Positions 45,831 to 57,557 of a stretch of 64,000 bases of DNA are shown here, piece after piece. This DNA is from Escherichia coli. Its GTDB lineage: Bacteria; Pseudomonadota; Gammaproteobacteria; Enterobacterales; Enterobacteriaceae. A model generated the notes under the pieces. The model was not told the DNA's origin. It saw only the letters and a program-made list of their open reading frames with translations, and searched no databases. Each line of letters begins with the position of its first letter. The first letter of the stretch is position 1. Where the stretch lies: assembly GCF_051903065.1 (NCBI RefSeq), contig NZ_CP178438.1; one strand, 5' to 3'. The translations under genes were made by a program, and so were the position numbers.

Positions 45831-46463
45831 TTATTCGCCGTCCTGCGTTTCTTCTACAGGCTGCATCTCGCTAAACCAGGTATCCAGTTTCTGCCGCAGC
45901 TTGTCCACGCCTTGTTTCTTCAACGAAGAAAACGTTTCAACCTGCACATCACCGTTAAACGCCAGTACAGCTTCACGCACCATATTCAATTGCGCTTTAC
46001 GTGCGCCGCTTGCCAGTTTGTCCGCTTTGGTCAGCAACACCAGCACGGCGATATTGCTGTCTACCGCCCACTCAATCATCTGCTGATCCAAATCTTTCAG
46101 CGGATGGCGAATATCCATTAGCACTACCAGACCTTGTAGGCTCTGACGTTTTTCGAGGTACTCGCCGAGCGCGCGCTGCCATTTGCGCTTCATCTCTTCC
46201 GGGACTTCCGCATAACCGTACCCAGGCAAGTCAACCAGACGCTTGCCGTCAGCCACTTCAAACAGGTTGATAAGCTGGGTGCGTCCTGGGGTTTTTGAGG
46301 TACGAGCCAGGCTTTTCTGGTTAGTCAGCGTGTTCAGCGCGCTGGATTTACCTGCGTTGGAACGGCCTGCAAAAGCCACTTCAATTCCGGTATCGGAAGG
46401 TAGGTGGCGAATATCAGGCGCACTCATCACAAAATGCGTCTGTTGATAATTCAAATTAGTCAA
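45831..46463 (-). CDS. engB: ribosome biogenesis GTP-binding protein EngB (YihA)
   Basis: 210 aa ORF with G1 motif GRSNAGKSS. Confidence 0.92.
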
Positions 46464-46733
46464 AGCGGTCGTCTCCGTCAGTCAAAGCTTTGTGGCGATT
46501 ATACCTGAACCATAATAAAAGGCGGATTTTTCGGCGTGAGCGTTGTAAGTAAAAGCCATACGCTTTGTGAGACATTGCCGATAGTCTTTATGCGAAATAG
46601 CAGAGAAAATTCTGCGATGCATGTCAAATAAGCTATATAAATCAGTGAATTGCTTTTATATAAAACTCTGAAAATGTGCAAATACTGATGGCGGTTGATT
46701 GTTTGTTTAAAGCAAAGGCGTAAAGTAACACCC

Positions 46734-46977
46734 ATAGAGCGAGGACGCTAACAGGAACAATGACTCAGGATGAGGGTCAGGAGCGCCAGGAGGCGAAGAC
46801 AGAGGATTGTCAGGAAGACAAACGTCCGGAGACGTAATTAAACGGAAATGGAATCAACACGGATTGTTCCGGCTAATGGAAAAACAGGGTGTGTTGGCGG
46901 CCTGCAAGGATTGTAAGACCCGTTAAGGGTTATGAGTCAGGAAAAAAGGCGACAGAGTAATCTGTCGCCTTTTTTCT
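46734..46977 (+). ncRNA. csrC: CsrC small RNA (CsrA-sequestering)
   Basis: Multiple GGA motifs in AGGA/CAGGA contexts (caggatgagggtcaggagcgccaggaggcg...) ending in hairpin ggcgacagagtaatctgtcgcc plus T-run; location between engB and yihI. Confidence 0.85.
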
Positions 46978-47044
46978 TTGCTTGCTTTCTGTTAGATTCC
47001 GCCGCAAATCTATACTGAATAAAACGGCTAAAAGACGAACCATT

Positions 47045-47551
47045 ATGAAACCATCTTCACCATCACGCAGCAAAGGTCATGCAAAAGCGCGTCGCAAAAC
47101 GCGCGAAGAGCTGAATCAGGAAGCTCGTGACCGCAAGCGTCAGAAAAAACGTCGTGGTCATGCGCCGGGCAGCCGCGCAGCGGGCGGTAACACCACGTCA
47201 GGCAGCAAAGGCCAGAACGCACCAAAAGATCCACGTATTGGCAGTAAAACCCCTATTCCATTGGGCGTGACTGAAAAAGTCACCAAACAGCACAAACCGA
47301 AGAGTGAGAAACCTATGCTTTCACCGCAGGCGGAGTTGGAATTACTGGAAACGGATGAGCGTCTGGATGCGCTGCTGGAACGTCTGGAAGCAGGCGAAAC
47401 CCTGAGTGCCGAAGAGCAATCCTGGGTGGATGCTAAACTGGATCGTATTGATGAGTTGATGCAGAAACTCGGCCTCTCTTATGACGATGACGAAGAAGAG
47501 GAAGAAGACGAGAAGCAAGAAGACATGATGCGTCTGCTGCGGGGCAACTAA
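47045..47551 (+). CDS. yihI: Der GTPase-activating protein YihI
   Basis: ORF track 46982..47551 trimmed to ATG at 47045; basic N-terminus and acidic C-terminus. Confidence 0.85.
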   Translation: MKPSSPSRSKGHAKARRKTREELNQEARDRKRQKKRRGHAPGSRAAGGNTTSGSKGQNAPKDPRIGSKTPIPLGVTEKVTKQHKPKSEKPMLSPQAELELLETDERLDALLERLEAGETLSAEEQSWVDAKLDRIDELMQKLGLSYDDDEEEEEDEKQEDMMRLLRGN

Positions 47552-47739
47552 CGGATTGCCGCCGTGGGCCTTCCCGTTCTGCTGATAACCCTTCCGGTTA
47601 TATGTTATCTGGTGTGGTTATTCGTTAAACTACAGCGGTTGTCGCGGCGACAAAAGTGGCTGCGCAACCGGCTGATGACCCGAAACGGGCATCCGCCGGT
47701 ACGCCGTAGCCGCCAGAGACGCCATCGGAAGGAGTGAGC

Positions 47740-49113
47740 ATGTCTGTACAGCAAATCGACTGGGATCTGGCCCTGATCCAGAAATATAACTATTCCGGGC
47801 CACGATACACCTCGTACCCGACCGCGCTGGAGTTTTCAGAAGACTTCGGCGAACAGGCGTTTTTACAAGCCGTGGCGCGCTATCCTGAGCGTCCATTATC
47901 TCTCTACGTACATATCCCGTTCTGCCATAAGCTTTGTTACTTCTGCGGCTGCAATAAGATTGTTACTCGCCAGCAGCACAAGGCCGATCAGTATCTGGAC
48001 GCGCTGGAGCAAGAAATCGTCCATCGTGCACCGCTGTTCGCCGGGCGTCACGTCAGCCAATTGCACTGGGGCGGCGGAACGCCGACGTATCTTAATAAAG
48101 CGCAAATCAGCCGCCTGATGAAGCTGCTGCACGAAAACTTCCAGTTCAATGCCGATGCGGAGATTTCGATCGAAGTCGATCCGCGGGAAATCGAACTGGA
48201 TGTACTCGATCATTTACGCGCCGAAGGCTTTAATCGCCTGAGCATGGGCGTGCAGGACTTCAACAAAGAAGTGCAACGTCTGGTTAACCGCGAGCAGGAT
48301 GAAGAGTTTATCTTTGCACTGCTTAACCATGCGCGTGAGATTGGTTTTACCTCCACCAACATCGACCTGATTTACGGCCTGCCGAAACAGACGCCGGAAA
48401 GTTTCGCCTTTACCCTGAAACGTGTGGCGGAGCTGAACCCCGATCGTCTGAGCGTCTTTAACTACGCGCATTTGCCGACCATTTTTGCTGCTCAGCGCAA
48501 AATCAAAGATGCTGACCTGCCGAGTCCGCAGCAAAAACTCGATATCCTGCAGGAAACCATCGCCTTCCTGACGCAATCGGGCTATCAGTTTATCGGTATG
48601 GATCACTTTGCCCGTCCTGATGACGAGCTGGCGGTGGCCCAGCGTGAAGGCGTGCTGCATCGTAACTTCCAGGGCTACACCACTCAGGGCGATACCGATC
48701 TGCTGGGGATGGGCGTTTCCGCCATCAGCATGATTGGCGACTGCTACGCGCAGAACCAGAAAGAGTTGAAACAGTACTATCAGCAAGTGGATGAACAAGG
48801 CAATGCGCTGTGGCGTGGTATTGCGCTAACGCGTGATGACTGTATTCGCCGCGATGTGATTAAGTCGCTCATCTGCAACTTCCGTCTGGATTACGCCCCT
48901 ATTGAGAAACAGTGGGATTTGCACTTCGCTGATTACTTTGCGGAAGATCTCAAGCTGCTCGCCCCGTTAGCAAAAGATGGGCTGGTGGATGTGGATGAGA
49001 AGGGGATTCAGGTGACGGCGAAAGGTCGCTTGCTGATCCGCAACATTTGCATGTGCTTTGATACCTATCTGCGCCAGAAAGCGCGGATGCAGCAGTTCTC
49101 TCGGGTGATTTAA
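47740..49113 (+). CDS. hemN: oxygen-independent coproporphyrinogen III oxidase (radical SAM)
   Basis: ORF track 47734..49113 trimmed to ATG at 47740 (457 aa); CxxxCxxC radical SAM motif (CHKLCYFC). Confidence 0.93.
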   Translation: MSVQQIDWDLALIQKYNYSGPRYTSYPTALEFSEDFGEQAFLQAVARYPERPLSLYVHIPFCHKLCYFCGCNKIVTRQQHKADQYLDALEQEIVHRAPLFAGRHVSQLHWGGGTPTYLNKAQISRLMKLLHENFQFNADAEISIEVDPREIELDVLDHLRAEGFNRLSMGVQDFNKEVQRLVNREQDEEFIFALLNHAREIGFTSTNIDLIYGLPKQTPESFAFTLKRVAELNPDRLSVFNYAHLPTIFAAQRKIKDADLPSPQQKLDILQETIAFLTQSGYQFIGMDHFARPDDELAVAQREGVLHRNFQGYTTQGDTDLLGMGVSAISMIGDCYAQNQKELKQYYQQVDEQGNALWRGIALTRDDCIRRDVIKSLICNFRLDYAPIEKQWDLHFADYFAEDLKLLAPLAKDGLVDVDEKGIQVTAKGRLLIRNICMCFDTYLRQKARMQQFSRVI

Positions 49114-49179
49114 ATAGTGAATGGCGCTTCGTTTACAAAGTAGAAAACGAAAGCGCCATCAATGTGCTGAGAACAAGAT

Positions 49180-49270
49180 TGCCTGATGCGCTACGCTTAT
49201 CAGGCCTACAAAACCTGTTGAAAATATTGCTTTTGTAGGCCGGATAAGGCGTTCACGCCGCATCCGGCAT
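49180..49270. repeat. REP palindromic units (BIME-like) downstream of hemN
   Basis: gcctgatgcgctacgcttatcaggcctac and ggccggataaggcgttcacgccgcatccggca. Confidence 0.8.
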
Positions 49271-49302
49271 GAACAAAGAGCACTTCATCAGCAATCTGAA
49301 AC

Positions 49303-49413
49303 TCAACTAAACAGCCCAATCATCGCGGCACACAGCACGGCAGCAACAGCAGTTTGCGGTGTGTGGCTGTCAACTGCGCCACTCGATACCAGATTAATTA
49401 TTGATTCCAGCAT
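49303..49413 (-). CDS. yshB: small hydrophobic protein (36 aa), YshB-like
   Basis: Minus-strand ATG at 49413 gives MLESIINLVSSGAVDSHTPQTAVAAVLCAAMIGLFS; below ORF-track size cutoff; recalled small gene between hemN and glnG in K-12. Confidence 0.5.
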   Translation of the reverse strand: MLESIINLVSSGAVDSHTPQTAVAAVLCAAMIGLFS

Positions 49414-49524
49414 AATGACTCTCCCCGTTTTCCGGGCAAGATCATACTGAACTTATCGGAACAGTAAAGCGCAAAATACCAGCAATTTGCGCTCAATAAT
49501 CAATCTTTACACACAAGCCGTGAA

Positions 49525-50934
49525 TCACTCCATCCCCAGCTCTTTTAACTTACGCGTCAGGGTGTTACGGCCCCAGCCAAGTAGCCGCGCCGCTTCCTGT
49601 TTATGCCCCTGCGTATGTCGCAACGCGGTCGTCAGTAACGTCCGCTCCAGCTCTGGCTGCGCTTCGGAAAGCAGATTTTGATGACCGGAACGCAGCGCTC
49701 TGTCTGCCCACTGCGCAAGAAGCGTCGCCCAACTGTCCGGTTGCATTTGCGAAGTACTCTCCGCAACCGTTGATTCAAACAGTTCGCCGGGCAAATCCTG
49801 AATCAACACTTCCTGCCCGGCGGCCATCACCGTTAGCCAGCGGCAGGTGTTTTCCAGCTGGCGCACGTTGCCTGGCCACGCCAGACGCGTCAGAGCAGCT
49901 TCGGTTTCCGGATGCAGCAACTTCGCTTCTACGCCCAGTTCGCGCGCGGCAACCTGTAAAAAATGGCGCGCCAGACGGGGAATATCTTCCCGACGCTCAC
50001 GCAGCGGCGGCAGATGAACGCGGATAACGTTCAGGCGGTGGAACAGATCCTCACGGAACTTACCTTCCTGCACCCGCTGTTCGAGATTCTGGTGAGTGGC
50101 AGCGATAATCCGCACATCCACTTTCACCGGCGCATAGCCGCCAACGCGGTAAAACTGGCCGTCTGCCAGCACGCGCAGCAAACGCGTCTGCACATCCAGC
50201 GGCATATCGCCAATTTCATCGAGAAATAATGTACCGCCATCAGCCTGTTCAAAACGCCCCTGACGAATGGTATTCGCGCCGGTAAACGCGCCTTTCTCGT
50301 GACCAAACAGTTCTGATTCGATCAAATCCTTCGGGATAGCCGCCATATTCAGAGCGATAAATGGCGCTTTGGCTCGCGGACTGTGGCGATGCAGGGCATG
50401 AGCGACCAGTTCTTTACCGGTGCCGGATTCGCCGTTAATCAGCACGCTAATAGAAGAACGCGAAAGCCGACCGATAATACGGAACACGTCCTGCATGGCT
50501 GGCGCTTCGCCGATGATATCGGTCGTTGGGCCGTTAAGCTGAACATTACGCGGCTGCTGCTGTTCCTGGTAATGACTGATGGCGCGCTCAACCAGCGCCA
50601 CGGCTTCGTCGATATCAAACGGTTTGGGCAGATAATCAAACGCCCCTTGTTGATAGGCGCTGACGGCAGCATCCAGATCGGAATGTGCGGTCATAATGAT
50701 GACCGGAAGCATCGGATGGCGCTGTTTAATCTGCTTGAGCAGTGCCAGCCCGTCCATTCCCGGCATACGGATATCTGAAAGCAGCACATCCGGCGTTTTG
50801 CTCGCCAGCGCCTCCAGTACCTCCGCGCCGTTCTCAAATGTCGTACAGGTTAAACCCGCTCCAGCGAGCGCACGTTCAAGCACCCAACGGATGGAACTAT
50901 CGTCATCGACTACCCAGACTATCCCTCGTTGCAT
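49525..50934 (-). CDS. glnG: nitrogen regulation response regulator NtrC (sigma54-dependent activator)
   Basis: ORF track 49525..50994 trimmed to ATG at 50934 (469 aa); receiver domain, AAA+ GESGTGKE, C-terminal HTH. Confidence 0.95.
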   Translation of the reverse strand: MQRGIVWVVDDDSSIRWVLERALAGAGLTCTTFENGAEVLEALASKTPDVLLSDIRMPGMDGLALLKQIKQRHPMLPVIIMTAHSDLDAAVSAYQQGAFDYLPKPFDIDEAVALVERAISHYQEQQQPRNVQLNGPTTDIIGEAPAMQDVFRIIGRLSRSSISVLINGESGTGKELVAHALHRHSPRAKAPFIALNMAAIPKDLIESELFGHEKGAFTGANTIRQGRFEQADGGTLFLDEIGDMPLDVQTRLLRVLADGQFYRVGGYAPVKVDVRIIAATHQNLEQRVQEGKFREDLFHRLNVIRVHLPPLRERREDIPRLARHFLQVAARELGVEAKLLHPETEAALTRLAWPGNVRQLENTCRWLTVMAAGQEVLIQDLPGELFESTVAESTSQMQPDSWATLLAQWADRALRSGHQNLLSEAQPELERTLLTTALRHTQGHKQEAARLLGWGRNTLTRKLKELGME

Positions 50935-50945
50935 AAACGTCACCT

Positions 50946-51995
50946 TTATTTCCTGATAGGCAGGTAAACCGAGAACTCGGTATGCCCTGGCCAACTGGTA
51001 AATTCAATTTTGCCTGAATGCTGATCAATCAAATTACGAGCGATGGATAAGCCAAGCCCGGTGCCACCTTCGCGGCCGCTGACCATCGGGTAAAACAGCG
51101 TATCCTGCAAATGAGGCGGAATGCCTGGCCCGTTATCTTCCACATCAATCCGCGCCGCCAGCCGATAGCGTTCGCCGTGTAAGGTCAGTTGAAACGCGGT
51201 ACGGGTACGCAGAATGATTTCACCGCCTTCCGGCCCCAGCGCCTGTAGCGCATTGCGCACAATATTCAGCAAGACCTGTTCAATTTGATCCGGGTCGTGC
51301 GCCAGTTCTGGCAGGCTGGGGTCGTAATCACGAATCAACCGCACGTTGTCCGGCAGTTCCATCGACACCAGCGTCACCACGCGTTCAGCTACTTTGTGAA
51401 TACTTTCGGTCACGCGCGTACCGGGCAGCTGCGGCCCCAACAGACGGTCGACCAGATTTCGCAGCCGGTCCGCCTGTTCGATAATCACTTTGGTATATTC
51501 CAGCAGTGACGGGTCAGGTAATGCTTTGCTGAGTAGCTGCGCCGCGCCACGTAAACCGCCAAGCGGATTTTTAATCTCATGTGCCAGGCCACGCACTAAA
51601 TCACGGGCAGCAACTTGTTGAGCATGTTGTAGCTGTTCCTGGCTTAAGCGGCGCTGGTTATCCATCGGCGCCATCTCCAGCAGGATCATGCCGTCCGGCA
51701 TACGCTGGGCCGTCACAGAAAGGATATGCGAGCGCCCGTCGATGACCAGCGTCACTTCGTTATCGGTAAAACCTTGCCCCGCCTCCAGACTTTCTTGCAT
51801 CAGCTCGATATTTAATGAGAAGTAGCTCAACAGTTCCGGTAACGGTGTACCAAACAATTTGCGGGAGCTTTGGGCGAGCAGTTGTTGCGCGGCGGGGTTG
51901 GCGTAATGGATCGCCAGGTTGTCATCGATTAACAAAATACTGTTAATCAGCGAGTTGAGGATCTGCCCAGCATCGGGCTGCGTGCCTGTTGCCAT
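50946..51995 (-). CDS. glnL: nitrogen regulation sensor histidine kinase NtrB
   Basis: 349 aa ORF with H-box HEIKNPL. Confidence 0.95.
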
Positions 51996-52168
51996 AAAGC
52001 AGTCTCCTGAACAGGTTGCACCATTTTAGTGCATTATAGCTTTTTACGGATAAAAAGCGCGAAGCATCAGAGAATTGACGGAGAAAAAAGCCCATGCAGA
52101 GATGGGCTGAAAGTTTCCACGGCAACTAAATCCCGGCGTTGTTGCGCCGGGTAGTACAACTTCAACTA

Positions 52169-53578
52169 TTAGACGCTGTAGTACAGCTCAAACTCTACCG
52201 GATGCGGAGTCATACGCACGCGGTCATCTTCTTCGCGACGCAGAGCGATGTACGCATCGATCGCTTCATCCGTGAACACGCCACCGGCTTTCAGGAACTC
52301 GCGGTCCAGATCCAGCTCGTTCAGTGCTTCTTCCAGAGAGCCTGCAACTTGTGGGATCTCTTTCGCTTCTTCTGGCGGCAGGTCATACAGGTTTTTGTCC
52401 ATGGCTTCGCCCGGATGGATCTTGTTCTTGATACCATCAAGACCGGCCATCAGCAGGGCAGCAAAGCACAGGTACGGGTTAGCCGCCGGATCCGGGAAAC
52501 GTACTTCGATACGACGCGCTTTCGGAGAAGAAACCACTGGAATACGGATAGAAGCAGAACGGTTACGTGCAGAGTAAGCCAGCATTACCGGTGCTTCGTA
52601 GCCCGGGACCAGACGCTTATAAGAGTTGGTGGTCGGGTTTGCCAGGGCGTTAATCGCTTTCGCGTGTTTGATTACGCCGCCAATGTAGTACAGCGCCTGC
52701 TCAGACAGACCAGCGTATTTGTCGCCCGCGAACAGGTTAACGCCGTTTTTAGACAGAGACATGTGGCAGTGCATACCGGAGCCGTTATCACCGAACATCG
52801 GTTTTGGCATAAAGGTCGCGGTTTTACCGAAGCGGTGCGCTACGTTGTGCACAACATATTTGTAGATCTGAATTTCGTCAGCTTTTTTGGTCATGGTATT
52901 GAAGCGGGTAGCCACTTCGTTCTGACCAGCAGTTGCTACTTCGTGGTGATGGGCTTCAACCACCAGACCCATCTGTTCCATCACCAGACACATTTCAGAA
53001 CGAATATCCTGAGCCGAGTCTACCGGCGGAACCGGGAAGTAACCGCCTTTAACTGCCGGACGGTGACCTTTGTTACCACCTTCATATTGGGTGGAGGAGT
53101 TCCATGCGCCTTCGATATCGTCGATAGCAACATGAGAACCGGAGATAGATGATCCGAAACGGATATCATCGAACAGGAAGAATTCAGGTTCTGGCCCGAA
53201 CAGTACGGTGTCGGCAATGCCAGTAGAACGCAGGTAATCTTCAGCGCGCTTCGCGATGGAGCGCGGGTCACGGTCATAGCCTTGCAGGGTGCCAGGTTCA
53301 AGGATGTCGCAACGGATAATCAGGGTGGAGTCGGCGAAGAACGGGTCAATCACTGCGGTGGATGCGTCTGGCATCAGCACCATGTCGGACTCGTTAATGC
53401 CTTTCCAGCCGCCAATCGAGGAGCCGTCAAACATTTTGCCTTCTTCGAAGAATTCGGCATTCACCTGATGAGCAGGGATAGTGACGTGCTGTTCTTTACC
53501 TTTGGTATCGGTGAAGCGCAAATCAACAAACTTCACTTCGTGCTCGTTCAGCATCGTCAGTACGTGTTCAGCGGACAT
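52169..53578 (-). CDS. glnA: glutamine synthetase
   Basis: 469 aa ORF matching GlnA. Confidence 0.97.
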
Positions 53579-53659
53579 ACTTTAACTCTCCTGGATTGGT
53601 CATTGTCGTCGTGGTAACGAAATCTGCAATTATTTTGGCCGTGTCGCCGTAAAAAAGAT

Positions 53660-53800
53660 AAAGCGAAAACTGTGCCAACTTTTAAATTGCCCCTAAAAGG
53701 CGTTATCATGCTTAACATCGTGCAAAAGGGCTGCACCATGATGTGAATGTTGCACCAATATAGTGCTTCAATGGAAACATTAAGCACCATATTGGTGCAA
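53660..53800 (-). promoter_or_regulatory. glnA regulatory region: sigma54 promoter glnAp2 and upstream NtrC enhancer sites
   Basis: Minus-strand TTGGCACAGTTTTCGCT (-24 GG / -12 GC spacing) at about 53662-53679; NtrC-type palindromes TGCACCAATATAGTGC (53751-53766) and GCACCATATTGGTGC (53785-53799). Confidence 0.8.
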
Positions 53801-53950
53801 TGACCTTTGGATAACCCTTTTTATGCTCCGTGAAAGCGATCACAAAGGGACTCTGCAATACTTGTTTGCGGAGGATGTTTGTGATCCTGTTTTGTAGTGC
53901 GATTAATCCGTGTACAATAACGCGCTATTTCTAATGCCTGAGGCAAAGTT

Positions 53951-55774
53951 GTGATCGAAAAATTGCGTAATATCGCCATCATCGCGCACGTAGACCATGG
54001 TAAAACCACCCTGGTAGACAAGCTGCTCCAACAATCCGGTACGTTCGACTCTCGTGCCGAAACCCAAGAGCGCGTGATGGACTCCAACGATTTGGAGAAA
54101 GAGCGTGGGATTACCATCCTCGCGAAAAACACCGCTATCAAATGGAATGATTACCGTATCAACATCGTTGATACCCCGGGGCACGCCGACTTCGGTGGTG
54201 AAGTTGAACGTGTAATGTCCATGGTAGACTCAGTGCTGCTGGTGGTTGACGCATTTGACGGCCCGATGCCGCAAACGCGCTTCGTAACCAAAAAAGCGTT
54301 TGCTTACGGCCTGAAGCCGATTGTTGTTATCAACAAAGTTGACCGCCCTGGCGCGCGTCCTGATTGGGTTGTGGATCAGGTATTCGATCTGTTCGTTAAC
54401 CTCGACGCGACCGACGAGCAGCTGGACTTCCCGATCGTTTACGCTTCTGCGCTGAACGGTATCGCGGGTCTGGACCACGAAGATATGGCGGAAGACATGA
54501 CCCCGCTGTATCAGGCGATTGTTGATCACGTTCCTGCGCCGGACGTTGACCTTGACGGTCCGTTCCAGATGCAGATTTCTCAGCTCGATTACAACAGCTA
54601 TGTTGGCGTTATCGGCATTGGCCGCATCAAGCGCGGTAAAGTGAAGCCGAACCAGCAGGTCACTATCATCGATAGCGAAGGCAAAACCCGCAACGCGAAA
54701 GTCGGTAAAGTGCTGGGCCACCTCGGTCTGGAACGTATCGAAACCGATCTGGCGGAAGCTGGCGATATCGTGGCGATCACGGGCCTGGGCGAACTGAACA
54801 TTTCTGACACCGTTTGCGACACGCAAAACGTTGAAGCGCTGCCGGCACTCTCCGTTGATGAGCCGACCGTTTCTATGTTCTTCTGCGTTAACACCTCGCC
54901 GTTCTGCGGTAAAGAAGGTAAGTTCGTAACGTCTCGTCAGATCCTGGATCGTCTGAACAAAGAACTGGTACACAACGTTGCGCTGCGCGTAGAAGAAACC
55001 GAAGACGCTGATGCGTTCCGCGTTTCTGGTCGTGGCGAACTGCACCTGTCTGTTCTGATCGAAAACATGCGTCGTGAAGGTTTCGAACTGGCGGTATCCC
55101 GTCCGAAAGTTATCTTCCGTGAAATCGACGGTCGTAAACAAGAGCCGTATGAAAACGTGACTCTGGACGTTGAAGAACAGCATCAGGGTTCTGTAATGCA
55201 GGCGCTGGGCGAACGTAAAGGCGACCTGAAAAACATGAATCCAGACGGTAAAGGCCGCGTACGTCTCGACTACGTGATCCCAAGCCGTGGTCTGATTGGC
55301 TTCCGTTCTGAGTTCATGACCATGACTTCCGGTACTGGTCTGCTGTACTCCACCTTCAGCCACTACGACGACGTACGTCCGGGCGAAGTGGGTCAGCGTC
55401 AGAACGGTGTACTGATCTCTAACGGTCAGGGTAAAGCGGTCGCGTTCGCGCTGTTCGGTCTGCAGGATCGCGGTAAGCTGTTCCTCGGTCACGGTGCAGA
55501 AGTTTACGAAGGTCAGATTATCGGTATTCATAGCCGCTCTAACGACCTGACTGTAAACTGCCTGACCGGTAAGAAACTGACCAACATGCGTGCTTCCGGT
55601 ACTGACGAAGCCGTTGTTCTGGTTCCGCCTATCCGCATGACTCTGGAACAAGCTCTGGAGTTCATCGATGATGACGAACTGGTAGAAGTGACTCCGACCT
55701 CTATCCGTATTCGTAAACGTCACCTGACGGAAAACGATCGTCGCCGCGCCAACCGCGCACCGAAAGACGATTAA
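53951..55774 (+). CDS. typA: ribosome-associated translational GTPase BipA/TypA
   Basis: 607 aa ORF, GTG start, EF-G-like GTPase (AHVDHGKTT). Confidence 0.95.
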   Translation: MIEKLRNIAIIAHVDHGKTTLVDKLLQQSGTFDSRAETQERVMDSNDLEKERGITILAKNTAIKWNDYRINIVDTPGHADFGGEVERVMSMVDSVLLVVDAFDGPMPQTRFVTKKAFAYGLKPIVVINKVDRPGARPDWVVDQVFDLFVNLDATDEQLDFPIVYASALNGIAGLDHEDMAEDMTPLYQAIVDHVPAPDVDLDGPFQMQISQLDYNSYVGVIGIGRIKRGKVKPNQQVTIIDSEGKTRNAKVGKVLGHLGLERIETDLAEAGDIVAITGLGELNISDTVCDTQNVEALPALSVDEPTVSMFFCVNTSPFCGKEGKFVTSRQILDRLNKELVHNVALRVEETEDADAFRVSGRGELHLSVLIENMRREGFELAVSRPKVIFREIDGRKQEPYENVTLDVEEQHQGSVMQALGERKGDLKNMNPDGKGRVRLDYVIPSRGLIGFRSEFMTMTSGTGLLYSTFSHYDDVRPGEVGQRQNGVLISNGQGKAVAFALFGLQDRGKLFLGHGAEVYEGQIIGIHSRSNDLTVNCLTGKKLTNMRASGTDEAVVLVPPIRMTLEQALEFIDDDELVEVTPTSIRIRKRHLTENDRRRANRAPKDD

Positions 55775-55792
55775 TTTCGTTTTTTAGTTATA

Positions 55793-55825
55793 AAAAACCT
55801 GCCATCGCTGGCAGGTTTTTTTTTA
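55793..55825 (+). terminator. intrinsic terminator after typA
   Basis: aacctgccagcgatggcaggtt hairpin flanked by A-run and T-run. Confidence 0.85.
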
Positions 55826-55990
55826 CCTGTCGTGAGCGCACACCAATGCGAGTATCTCCCTTATAAGTCTGTGATTACGTCAATAGAGAGCTTTGTCACA
55901 ATTATCTGCAAAGTCATACGCCGTTAATTGCTTTCTTTTTTGGCGTAAGCGTAAGATGCTTCATCTGGTTTAAACCAAAAGGATTAAACA

Positions 55991-56701
55991 ATGGCGGAGA
56001 ATCAATCCACCGTAGAAAATGCAAAAGAGAAACTGGATCGGTGGTTGAAAGATGGCATCACCACGCCGGGTGGAAAACTCCCTTCAGAAAGAGAGCTGGG
56101 AGAACTGCTGGGCATTAAACGTATGACGCTGCGCCAGGCGTTGTTGAACCTCGAGGCAGAATCCAAAATCTTCCGTAAAGATCGTAAGGGGTGGTTCGTG
56201 ACCCAGCCGCGATTTAATTACAGTCCGGAGCTGTCGGCGAGCTTTCAGCGGGCCGCAATTGAGCAAGGGCGGGAACCTTCCTGGGGGTTTACCGAGAAAA
56301 ACCGTACCAGCGATATTCCCGAGACGCTCGCGCCACTGATTGCAGTGACACCATCAACTGAACTCTATCGCATCACCGGCTGGGGGGCGCTGGAAGGACA
56401 TAAAGTTTTCTATCACGAAACATATATTAATCCTGAAGTTGCTCCGGGTTTTATTGAACAACTTGAAAACCACTCATTTTCTGCAGTCTGGGAAAAGTGC
56501 TACCAAAAAGAGACGGTAGTAAAAAAATTGATTTTCAAACCCGTCAGAATGCCGGGCGATATCAGCAAGTATCTTGGCGGTTCTGCGGGTATGCCAGCGA
56601 TCTTAATTGAAAAGCATCGCGCCGACCAGCAAGGCAATATTGTCCAGATAGATATTGAATATTGGCGATTTGAGGCCGTAGACCTCATCATTAATCTGTA
56701 G
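55991..56701 (+). CDS. yihL: GntR-family transcriptional regulator YihL (UTRA effector domain)
   Basis: 236 aa ORF with N-terminal GntR-type HTH. Confidence 0.85.
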   Translation: MAENQSTVENAKEKLDRWLKDGITTPGGKLPSERELGELLGIKRMTLRQALLNLEAESKIFRKDRKGWFVTQPRFNYSPELSASFQRAAIEQGREPSWGFTEKNRTSDIPETLAPLIAVTPSTELYRITGWGALEGHKVFYHETYINPEVAPGFIEQLENHSFSAVWEKCYQKETVVKKLIFKPVRMPGDISKYLGGSAGMPAILIEKHRADQQGNIVQIDIEYWRFEAVDLIINL

Positions 56702-56708
56702 GTGTTTT

Positions 56709-56789
56709 ATGGTGACAATAAATAACGCAAGAAAGATTCTACAACGTGTCGACACTCTTCCTCTTTATTTACATGCTTATGCCTTTCAT
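56709..56789 (+). pseudogene. 27-codon 5' stub of a gene (yihM-like by position) truncated by IS1
   Basis: ATG at 56709 opens frame MVTINNARKILQRVDTLPLYLHAYAFH that runs directly into IS1 left end at 56790; identity as yihM is positional inference only. Confidence 0.45.
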
Positions 56790-56844
56790 GGTGATGCTGC
56801 CAACTTACTGATTTAGTGTATGATGGTGTTTTTGAGGTGCTCCA

Positions 56845-57120
56845 GTGGCTTCTGTTTCTATCAGCTGTCCCTCCTGTTCAGCTACTGACGGGGTGGTGCG
56901 TAACGGCAAAAGCACCGCCGGACATCAGCGCTATCTCTGCTCTCACTGCCGTAAAACATGGCAACTGCAGTTCACTTACACCGCTTCTCAACCCGGTACG
57001 CACCAGAAAATCATTGATATGGCCATGAATGGCGTTGGATGCCGGGCAACAGCCCGCATTATGGGCGTTGGCCTCAACACGATTTTACGTCACTTAAAAA
57101 ACTCAGGCCGCAGTCGGTAA
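56845..57120 (+). CDS. insA: IS1 InsA
   Basis: Identical 91 aa protein to copy 1. Confidence 0.95.
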
Positions 57121-57542
57121 CCTCGCGCATACAGCCGGGCAGTGACGTCATCGTCTGCGCGGAAATGGACGAACAGTGGGGCTATGTCGGGGCTAAATCG
57201 CGCCAGCGCTGGCTGTTTTACGCGTATGACAGGCTCCGGAAGACGGTTGTTGCGCACGTATTCGGTGAACGCACTATGGCGACGCTGGGGCGTCTTATGA
57301 GCCTGCTGTCACCCTTTGACGTGGTGATATGGATGACGGATGGCTGGCCGCTGTATGAATCCCGCCTGAAGGGAAAGCTGCACGTAATCAGCAAGCGATA
57401 TACGCAGCGAATTGAGCGGCATAACCTGAATCTGAGGCAGCACCTGGCACGGCTGGGACGGAAGTCGCTGTCGTTCTCAAAATCGGTGGAGCTGCATGAC
57501 AAAGTCATCGGGCATTATCTGAACATAAAACACTATCAATAA
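57039..57542 (+). CDS. insB: IS1 InsB
   Basis: Identical 167 aa protein to copy 1. Confidence 0.95.
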
Positions 57543-57557
57543 GTTGGAGTCATTACC

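Larger units (their letters stand above)
56790..57557 (+). mobile_element. IS1 (768 bp), copy 2, inverted relative to copy 1, no target-site duplication
   Basis: GGTGATGCTGCCAACTTACTGAT ... AAGTTGGAGTCATTACC ends; encoded InsA/InsB proteins identical to copy 1; flanks GCCTTTCAT / CAGATCGTA do not match. Confidence 0.95.

Noticed and set aside
39380-57557. Possibility that the two IS1 copies form a composite transposon carrying the intervening DNA
   Set aside because: The intervening genes are core housekeeping genes in the same order as the K-12 chromosome, copy 1 has its own 9-bp target duplication inside yihF, and copy 2 shows a deletion signature; this is two independent IS1 events, not a mobilised cassette.
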